From assembly GCA_028826165.1 (NCBI GenBank), contig JAPDFW010000062.1, positions 155,644 through 219,643 of the forward strand: a stretch of DNA of 64,000 nt, given 5' to 3'. This DNA is from Anaeramoeba ignava BMAN. Lineage: Eukaryota > Protista > Anaeramoebae. Below, piece by piece: positions 55,401-64,000 of the stretch; position 1 is the first letter of the stretch, and every line of letters begins with the position of its first letter. Under the pieces are notes generated by a model. The model saw only the letters and a list, made by a program, of their open reading frames with translations. It had not been told where the DNA came from and did not search any database. A program made the position numbers and the translations under genes.

Positions 55401-57277
55401 CATTAATTGTTGAAGGAGTTCATCTTCATATCAGTTACATTCTTAAACTAATGAGAAATCACCCAACATGCATTCCCTTTTTAATATACATTTCCAATCC
55501 AAAAAAGCAAAAAGCAAGATTTGCTGTTCGTTCACGATATATGACTTTGGATCCGAACCAAAACAAATATGTCCAATATTTCTCAAATATTCGAACTATT
55601 CAAAAACATCTAGTGGATTTATCAGATCTTCATCTAATCCCCAAAATCAACAACACAAATACTGATAGAAGTGTCGGGATTATCCATCAAATTGTATTTG
55701 GCTGCTTGAGAAAAATAGTTAATGGTGGTAAGCTTTTAGATTTTGAAAGCAAGAAGGCTACTTCAATGTATAAAATTTATGAAAAAAAATTAAAGGAAGA
55801 ATGGGATCCAACCAAATTTATTGAGGAAAAAAAAAGGATATTTGAATCAACAAAATCAAATGCAAATTTAGAAAAACAAAATAATATTAATATTATTAAT
55901 AATAATAATAATAAAAATAACAATAACAATAACATTATTATCCAAAATAGTAATAATATCATCCAAAATAATACTAATACTAATAATAATAATTACAACC
56001 AAAATATCATCCCAAAAAACCACAACACTTTAAATTCAAATAATAATTTTAATAATGCAAATCTTGAAAAGAAGGTTAGTAATCCAATTCAAATTCAAAA
56101 TACAAAGAAAAATGAAACAAAAGAAAAAATTGAAATTCTTGCAAAATTATCATCTCAAAATAAAAAACCACAGAAAAAATCAAATGAGCAATTAAACGAA
56201 AAATCAAATCCAATTCGAAATTATACAGTAAATTCCTTGAATAAAGAAGAAAATTCTCTAGAAAAAAATCCCAAACCAGAAATCAAAGCAAAAGAGAAAA
56301 AATCAGTTCCAAAAATTGAAAATTTATCAAATCAATACAAAATTGAACAATTAAAAAAATTGGATTTAATTGAGAATCAAATGAATGAAAAAAAAGTGAT
56401 TGTAAATAATGAAAAACCAATGATTTTTGGTGATAATGATGATACAATTCAAGCTGGATTGGGTGGAATTGATTACAGTGATCCAGAAGATGAAATACGA
56501 GAGCAATCAGATGAAATTGATTCAGAACAAGAACAAGAACAAAAACAAAAACAAAAACAGAAACAAAAGCAAAAACAAAAGCAAAAACAAAAACAAAAAG
56601 ATCCAAAAAAACAACAGAAAAAAACAGAAAAAAACTATCAAAATTTATCAAATATTGATTATATTCTTCATAATGGAATGAATCCAGATTTTGAAAAAAA
56701 TGAAGAAACTCACGATCCACTTTATAATTTAAATCAAAACTATAATATTCATCAAATCAACGAACAAATCCAACAAATTCCAACACAATTAGGAGAAAGT
56801 TTTGGAGAAATTTTACAAGAAAATCAAGACCAAAATTCAGATGAATTAGATGAATATGAAGATTTAAAACTATCTCAACCTTTATCACCAAAAAAGAAGA
56901 AAAAATCACAAAGATCACAAAAAGTTGGGAGTATTACAGAAGAAGAATTATACACACATGATTATTCAGAAACGTTTTATTTGCCAAGTCCAAATTCACC
57001 AATTATTGATTCAAATAAACTTGAAGGATTAGTTCGTGCGCGTGATTCAATTGAAAATTATCGCGATGAAATTCCTACTTTGGATATTGTTCAATCTTCT
57101 CCTACTTCTACTTCTACTTCTTCAACTGATGAACATGAAAATGATTTGTTGGATGACCATGAAGACCATGATAATCCAAATGAAGTTTTATTTCATTTCT
57201 CATCAGAAACTTCTTCAGGTTCAATTATTTCAGATCGTGATACTGATTCAGATATTTCAACAGATTCTGATAATTGA
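52424..57277 (+). CDS. P-loop NTPase, 2-phosphoglycerate-kinase-like (plant LPA1 family); exons 52424-52670, 54431-54704, 55138-57277
   Basis: RYTRFHLQKTLQLMGYKPHHAL; Walker A ILLSGTSGCGK|STLSSLL across the intron; STDSIRHIMR, NPLLWASTY, IVEGVH, RFAVRSRYMTLDP; long disordered C-terminal tail. Confidence 0.88.
52920..53420 (+). pseudogene. Scrambled copy of exon 1 and flanks of the LPA1-like gene inside its own intron 1
   Basis: TATGTTTGTGAAGATTCA, CAGATTTTTCATTATCAGGAGATAACGATGAAGAATT and TTATGGGTTATAAACCTCATCATGCT recur with indels and TTCAAT intrusions. Confidence 0.7.
53420..54330. repeat. (TTCAAT/TTCAAC)n then (TTATAAATCAAC)n satellites in LPA1-like intron 1
   Basis: Direct inspection. 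Confidence 0.93.
54715..55125. repeat. 15-bp repeat (TTTAAAATATTTACA)n in LPA1-like intron 2
   Basis: Direct inspection. Confidence 0.9.
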
Positions 57278-57398
57278 AAAACAATTATTTTTTTTTTCAA
57301 ACAATTTTAATTAATTCAAAAAATGAAATTTTGATTCATTTCCAATTTTAATTTTAATTTTAATTTTAATTTTAATTTTAAATTTTAATTTTGATTTT

Positions 57399-57952
57399 TT
57401 AAAAAAAATCTGAAAAATAATCTGAAATAGTTGAAAAAATTGAACCCAATCCACAAGATAAAAGAGAAGTTTTTGGTCCATTTTTTGCTCCTAAAACAGC
57501 ACCAACAGCACAACCACAAACAGCACTAAAATTCAAAATAAAAAAATCCAATTAAAAATTCAAAATAAAAATTCAATTAAAAATTCAATTAGAAAATTCA
57601 ATTTAAAAATTCAATTAAAAAATTCAATTAAAAATTCAAATTACGAATTTATTAAATCTTTTTTATCTCGATAATTCTCTAAATTGCATTTGAAAAGATT
57701 ATATAAAGATCCAGAAATTGCTCCTGTTTTTGCAAATGTTAATCCTTCAGAAAGCCATGATATATTTAATTCTTCAGATTGTATTAAATTTAATATAACT
57801 CCAAATACAAAACCTGATGTTGCTCCATTAATTCCCCCTTTTAAACTTTGAAAAAGACAACTTCTTTCTAATTTTTCATGTGATGATTTTAAATTATCTT
57901 CAATTTGTGAAATTAATATTTCTTGTAAAGTTTGTGGTTTTAATAAACTCAT
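57399..57952 (-). CDS. Tim17/Tim22/Tim23-family inner-membrane translocase subunit (Tim22-like); exons 57952-57645, 57525-57399
   Basis: SCLFQSLKGGINGATSGFVFG; FKCNLENYRDKKDLINS|AVCGCAVGAVLG matches the family R.K.D..N...G...GA motif; glycine zippers. Confidence 0.8.
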
Positions 57953-57989
57953 TTTATCAAAAAAAATGAAAAAATGAAAAATGAAAAAA

Positions 57990-58590
57990 TAATTTTTAAT
58001 TTTGATTTTAATTTTAAATTTTAATTTTGATTTTAATTTTAATTTTGATTTCAATTTTAATTTTTAATTTTAATTTTAATTTTAATTTTAATTTTAATTT
58101 TAATTTTAATTTTAATTTTAATTTTAATTTTAATTTTAATTTTAATTTTAATTTTAATTTTAATTTTAATTTTTAATTTTAATTTTAATTTTAATTTTAA
58201 TTTTAATTTTAATTTTAATTTTAATTTTGATTTTAATTTTAATTTTAATTTTTAATTTTAATTTTAATTTTGATTTTAATTTTAATTTTAATTTTTAATT
58301 TTTGATTTTTATTTTTAATTTTAATTTTAATTTTAATTTTAATTTTAATTTTAATTTTGATTTTTAATTTTAATTTTAATTTTAATTTTAATTTTAATTT
58401 TAATTTTAATTTTAATTTTGATTTTTAATTTTAATTTTAATTTTTAATTTTAATTTTAATTTTAATTTTAATTTTGATTTTAATTTTTAATTTTAATTTT
58501 AATTTTTAATTTTAATTTTAATTTTAATTTTAATTTTAATTTTTAATTTTTTTTAATTTTTTAATATTATTTTATTTGATTTTTTTTGAT
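57990..58590. repeat. (TTTTAA)n intergenic satellite; similar tracts at 60410-60600 and 62480-63005
   Basis: Direct inspection. Confidence 0.92.
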
Positions 58591-58591
58591 T

Positions 58592-60349
58592 TTAATTTTT
58601 AAATTTATTAATTAATAAATCAAATAAATTTGGATTTGTTTGATTTAATTGAAAATAATTAATTCCAATTTCAATTTCATCAATTATTTCTTGTGTAATT
58701 TGAATTTCATCTTTAATTTGATTTGAATAAATCCAATATTCTAATATTTGAAATGATTTATCACTTAATTCACTATAATCTGTAAATTTAGTAGAATCTC
58801 CTTCTGTTACAGATAAAAACTTTTCTCGATATAATTCACTTCTCATTATTAATATTAATTTTGGAAATTTGTATTGTTTTTCTTTTCTTTCAATAATAAT
58901 ATCTTTTACTTCTTCAAATTCAATTAATTCTTTCATTTTTTCTTCTATTGATCCAAATAAATTCATATCAATTTCAATTTCTTCATATAATTTTGGATTT
59001 ATTTTGGAATTATTTGAATAAATAATTTCAAATATTTGATTTGATTCTTTAATTGATTTATTTGAAATAATTTCTTTAAGTTTTTCAATTTGATTTTCAT
59101 CTTGTCCAATTATTGTTTCTAATATTAATTTATGAGCTGAAATTATTTCTCCATTTTCTGTTTTAAATGAAATATTACAAAATTCTTTTCTTCTAAATAG
59201 TTTTATCAAATCTTCTTCAAGATTGGAAAAAGAAGAAAGGAAAGGAGAATAATAAAGAAATGATTTATTAAATCCACAAGAAAGATGATAATTAGAAATA
59301 TTTTCATTAAATCTTAATTTAGGAAGTTCAATTTGAATTGGAATTAGTTGATCTTTTGTATTTCCAGTTCCTAATTGACCAAAAGAATTAATTCCAAATG
59401 CTATTAATTTCGAATTAGATGTTAAAATCAAAGTATGAGAACTTCCAACAGAAATTTCAAGAATATTATCATTTTCAAATAAATATGATTTGATTTCAGT
59501 AAATTCATAAGTATTTTCATCTTCGCCAAGCCCATTATATTGATAATCTCCACATGAATAAAGTTTTCTTTTTGGGTTTTGATTTTGATTTTCAATCAAC
59601 ATTATTGAATGAAAATATCCACATTTAATATCAATTATTTTGCCTTTTGGAATATTTTGTATTTTGGTTACTTTATGGATTTTTGTTTCTTCTTTTCTTG
59701 ATTCTCCTAATCCAAGTTGACCATAATAATTATTTCCGCATCCAAATAATTCTTGATTTGAATTTAAAAGAAAAACAGTTCCTGAATTATTTCCTGAAAA
59801 TATTTTAGAAACATTTTTCATCATTAAAATTGGTTTTTCTGTTTCTTTAAATGTTTTAGAATCAAAACCAAGTTGAGCATATTCATTTGAACCAATTCCA
59901 TAAACATTTTGATTTGAAGTTAATAAGTAAACTGAACAAGCTCCAGAAACAATATCTTCAATTATTCTATCATTTATATCTTCAATTAATGATGAAATAT
60001 TGATAAATTCTTTTGGATTATTTGGATTAATATTTTCTCCTTTGGCAAATACATTTCCTTCTTTTGTTAAAATAGCTTCATTTAGATTACCAACAGTTAC
60101 TTTTTGAATATTTTCAATTTGGATTTTTTGAGGATTTTCATTTGAATCTTCTAAATATTCTATTGCTTTTCCATTTTTAAAAAGGAAAATTGTTGAATAA
60201 TCTCCTGTTGAAATTTGTTTAATTTGTTTTTCATTTTCATTTTCATTTTCATTTTCAAATTTAAATTGAATTGGTTTTCTTATTGAATCTGATTCATTTT
60301 TGAAAAATTTTGGAGAGTCATTTACACCAAAAAATAAACAATCATTCAT
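58592..60349 (-). CDS. RCC1-repeat + BTB protein, tandem copy A (intronless, 585 aa)
   Basis: RCC1 blades (GSNEYAQLG, CGNNYYGQLGLG, CGYFHS, VGSSHTLILT, FGINSFGQLGTG); BTB-like [14 protein letters not shown] and second BTB-like FPKLILIMRSELY..ILEYWIYS. Confidence 0.9.
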   Translation of the reverse strand: MNDCLFFGVNDSPKFFKNESDSIRKPIQFKFENENENENEKQIKQISTGDYSTIFLFKNGKAIEYLEDSNENPQKIQIENIQKVTVGNLNEAILTKEGNVFAKGENINPNNPKEFINISSLIEDINDRIIEDIVSGACSVYLLTSNQNVYGIGSNEYAQLGFDSKTFKETEKPILMMKNVSKIFSGNNSGTVFLLNSNQELFGCGNNYYGQLGLGESRKEETKIHKVTKIQNIPKGKIIDIKCGYFHSIMLIENQNQNPKRKLYSCGDYQYNGLGEDENTYEFTEIKSYLFENDNILEISVGSSHTLILTSNSKLIAFGINSFGQLGTGNTKDQLIPIQIELPKLRFNENISNYHLSCGFNKSFLYYSPFLSSFSNLEEDLIKLFRRKEFCNISFKTENGEIISAHKLILETIIGQDENQIEKLKEIISNKSIKESNQIFEIIYSNNSKINPKLYEEIEIDMNLFGSIEEKMKELIEFEEVKDIIIERKEKQYKFPKLILIMRSELYREKFLSVTEGDSTKFTDYSELSDKSFQILEYWIYSNQIKDEIQITQEIIDEIEIGINYFQLNQTNPNLFDLLINKFKN

Positions 60350-60601
60350 TTTATTTTTTTATTTTTAATTTTTTAATTTTTTTAAAAAGAAAAAAATGAA
60401 AAAAAAATTTTGGAATTTTTAATTTTAATTTTGATTTTAATTTTAATTTTAATTTTAATTTTAATTTTAATTTTAATTTTAATTTTGAATTACATTTTGA
60501 TTTTGATTTTAATTTTAATTTTAATTTTAATTTTAATTTTTAATTTTAATTTTTAATTTTGATTTTAATTTTAATTTTTAATTTTAATTTTAATTTTGAT
60601 T

Positions 60602-62423
60602 TTAATTATTAAATTTCCTAATTAATAAATCAAATAAATTTGGATTTGTTTGATTTAATTGAAAATAATCAATTCCAATTTGAATTTCATCAATCATTTC
60701 TTGTGTAATTTGAATTTCATCTTTAATTTGATTTGAATAAATCCAATATTCTAATATTTGAAATGATTTATCACTTAATTCACTATAATCTGTAAATTTA
60801 GTAGAATCTCCTTCTGTTACAGATAAAAACTTTTCTCGATATAATTCACTTCTCATTATTAATATTAATTTAGGAAATTTATATTGTTTTTCTTTTCTTT
60901 CAATAATAATATCTTTTACTTCTTCAAATTCAATTAATTCTTTCATTTTTTCTTCTATTGATCCAAATAAATTCATATCAATTTCAATTTCTTCATATAA
61001 TTTTGGATTTATTATTCTATTTGAATAAATAATTTCAAATATTTGATTTGATTCTTTAATTGATTTATTTGAAATAATTTCTTGAAGTTTTTCAATTTGA
61101 TTTTCATCTTGTCCAATTATTGTTTCTAATATTAATTTATGAGCTGAAATTATTTCTCCATTTTCTGTTTTAAATGAAATATTACAAAATTCTTTTCTTC
61201 TAAATAGTTTTATCAAATCTTCTTCAAGATTGGAAAAAGAAGGAGGAGAATAATAAAGAAATGATTTATTAAATCCACAAGAAAGATGATAATTAGAAAT
61301 ATCTCCATTAAATCTTAATTTAGGAAGTTCAATTTGAATTGGAATTGTTTGTTTTTTTGTATCTCCAGTTCCTAATTGACCATTTGAATTATATCCAAAT
61401 CCAATTAATTTTCCTTTTTCTGTTAAAATCAAAGTATGATAGCTTCCAACAGAAAAATCAAGAATATTATCATCATTTTCAAATAAAGATGATTTGATTT
61501 CAGTAAATTCATAAGTACTTTCATCTTCTCCAAGTCCATTACATCGAGAATTTCCACATGAATAAAGTTTTCTTTTTGGATTTTGATTTTGATTTTCATT
61601 TTCAATCAACATTATTGAATGATAATTTCCACATTGGATATCAATTATTTTGCCTTTTGGAATATTTTGTATTTTGGTTAATTTTTGGATATTTATTTCT
61701 TTTTTTCTTGATTCTCCTAATCCAAGTTGACCATAATCATTCAAACCACATGAAAATAATTCTTGATTTGAATTTAAAAAAAAAACTTGAGTTGAATCAT
61801 TTCCTGAAAATATTTTAGAAATATTTTTCATCATTAAAATTGGTTTTTCTGTTTTTTTAAGTGTTTCAGAATCAAAACCAAGTTCACAATTTCCATTTGA
61901 ACCAATTCCATAAGCATTTTGATTTGAAGTTAATAAGTAAATTGAATCTCTTGAAGAAACAAAAATCTTCAATTATTCTATCATTTGTATCTTTAATTAA
62001 TAATGAAATATTGATAAATTCTTTTGGATTTTTTGAATTAATATCTTTTCCTTTGGCAAATACATTTCCTTCTTTTGTTAAAATAGCTTCATTTAGATTA
62101 CCAACAGTTACTTTTTGAATATTTTCTTCAATTTGGATTTTTTGAGGATTTTCATTTGAATTTTCTAAATATTCTATTGCTTTTCCATTTTTAAAAAGGA
62201 AAATTGTTGAATAATTTCTTGTTGAAATTTGTTTAATTTGTTTTTCATTTTCATTTTCATTTTCATTTTCATTTTCATTTTCATTTTCATTTTCATTTTC
62301 ATTTTCATTTTCATTTTCATTTTCATTTTCATTTTCAAATTGAATTGGTTTTGTTATTCTGTATGATTCATTTTTGATAAGTTTTGGTTTTTTATTCCGA
62401 CCAAAAAATAAACAATCATTCAT
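60602..62423 (-). CDS. RCC1-BTB protein, tandem copy B, with a +1 frameshift near 61963
   Basis: ORFs 61884-62423 and 60602-61972 together align end to end with copy A; one extra base in an A run. Confidence 0.8.
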
Positions 62424-63001
62424 TTTCTTTATTTATTTTTAATTTTTTAATTTTTTTAAAAAGAAAAAAATGAAAAAAAAATTTTGGAATTTTTAATTTT
62501 AATTTTAATTTTAATTTTAATTTTAATTTTAATTTTAATTTTAATTTTAATTTTGATTTTAATTTTAATTTTGATTTTAATTTTAATTTTAATTTTAATT
62601 TTGATTTTAATTTTAATTTTAATTTTGATTTTAATTTTAATTTTAATTTTAATTTTAATTTTAATTTTAATTTTAATTTTTAATTTTAATTTTAATTTTA
62701 ATTTTAATTTTGATTTTTGATTTTAATTTTTAATTTTAATTTTAGTTTGGAATTTTAATTTTGATTTTGATTTTTAATTTTAATTTTAATTTTAATTTTG
62801 ATTTTGATTTTTAATTTTAATTTTAATTTTAATTTTAATTTTAATTTTTAATTTTAATTTTAATTTTAATTTTAATTTTAATTTTAATTTTAATTTTAAT
62901 TTTAATTTTAATTTTAATTTTGATTTTTAATTTTAATTTTGATTTTAATTTTAATTTTAATTTTAATTTTAATTTTAATTTTGATTTTTGATTTTTGATT
63001 T

Positions 63002-64000
63002 TTAATTTTGATTTTTAAATTTATTAATTAATAAATCAAATAAATTTGGATTTGTTTGATTTAATTGAAAATAATTAATTCCAATTTTAATTTCATTAAT
63101 TATTTCTTGTGTAATTTGAATTTCTTCTTTAATTTGATTTGAATAAATCCAATATTCTAATATTTGAAATGATTTATCACTTAATTCACTATAATCTGTA
63201 AATTTAGTAGAATCTCCTTCTGTTACAGATAAAAACTTTTCTCGATATAATTCACTTCTCATTATTAATATTAATTTAGGAAATTTGTATTGTTTTTCTT
63301 TTCTTTCAATAATAATATCTTTTACTTCTTCAAATTCAATTAATTCTTTTCATTTTTTCTTCAATTGATCCAAATAAATTCATATCAATTTCAATTTCTT
63401 CATATAATTTTGGATTTATTTTGAAATTATTTGAATAAATAATTTCAAATATTTGATTTGATTCTTTAATTGATTTATTTGAAATAATTTCTTTAAGTTT
63501 TTCATTTTGATTTTCATCTTGTCCAATTATTGTTTCTAATATTAATTTATGAGCTGAAATTATTTCTCCATTTTCTGTTTTAAATGAAATATTGCAAAAT
63601 TCTTTTCTTTTAAATAGTTTTATCAAATCTTCTTCAAGATTGGAAAAAGAAGGAGGAGAATAATAAATAAATGATTTGTTATATCCACAAGAAAGATGAT
63701 AATTATAAATATCTTCATTAAATCTTAATTTAGGAAGTTCAATTTGAATTGGAATTGTTTGTTTTTTTGTATCTCCAATTCCTAATTCACCATTTAAATT
63801 ATATCCAAATCCAATTAATTTTGAATTAGAAGTTAAAATCAAAGTATGTTCATTTCCAACAGAAAAATCAAGAATATTATCATCATTTTCAAATAAATAT
63901 GATTTGATTTCAGTAAATTCATAAGTATCTTCAGTTTTGCCAAGCCCATTAAATTCCCAATTTCCGATGGATAAAGTTTTCTAGTTTGATTTTGATGATT
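63002..64000 (-). CDS. RCC1-BTB protein, tandem copy C (5' part outside the window; +1 homopolymer frameshift near 63348)
   Basis: ORFs 63336-63842 and 63002-63262 are near-identical to the C-terminal halves of copies A and B. Confidence 0.8.

Noticed and set aside
61955-63355. Pseudogenisation of RCC1-BTB copies B and C
   Set aside because: Each has a single extra base in or at a homopolymer with otherwise intact frames; likely sequencing error, not resolvable here

Overview
Very AT-rich, gene-dense, intron-rich eukaryotic nuclear DNA using the standard code and GT-AG introns. Most introns and spacers are filled with simple AT satellites. Gene content and style suggest an anaerobic protist, probably Anaeramoeba (Metamonada); this is inference. 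I reconstructed about 17 genes by hand: a Rab5-family GTPase, an S28 serine peptidase, two tandem BTB-BACK-TLDc genes, an FG-GAP/FN3 surface protein, BLTP2/Hobbit, a FAF1-like UBX protein, GlcNAc kinase, a large ScaA-like protein, RBM42, an ARM-RCC1-BTB gene, a UBAC2-like pseudo-rhomboid, an LPA1/2-phosphoglycerate-kinase-like NTPase, a Tim17/22-family protein and three tandem RCC1-BTB genes. The standout is 35683-48892, which the ORF track breaks into nonsense fragments. It is one gene with about 22 recognisable armadillo repeats plus several remnants. Each repeat is its own symmetric phase-1 exon (126-132 nt when intact), separated by (AAAATC)n introns with near-identical ends, and the array is spliced onto an RCC1-BTB module. 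Among the 10 clean near-identical exons all differences I could read change amino acids, they are shuffled combinatorially, and most fall on positions lining the ARM peptide-binding groove. This suggests an exon-shuffling, diversifying receptor coupled to a Cullin-3 ubiquitin ligase. Some local assembly damage is evident and is flagged.
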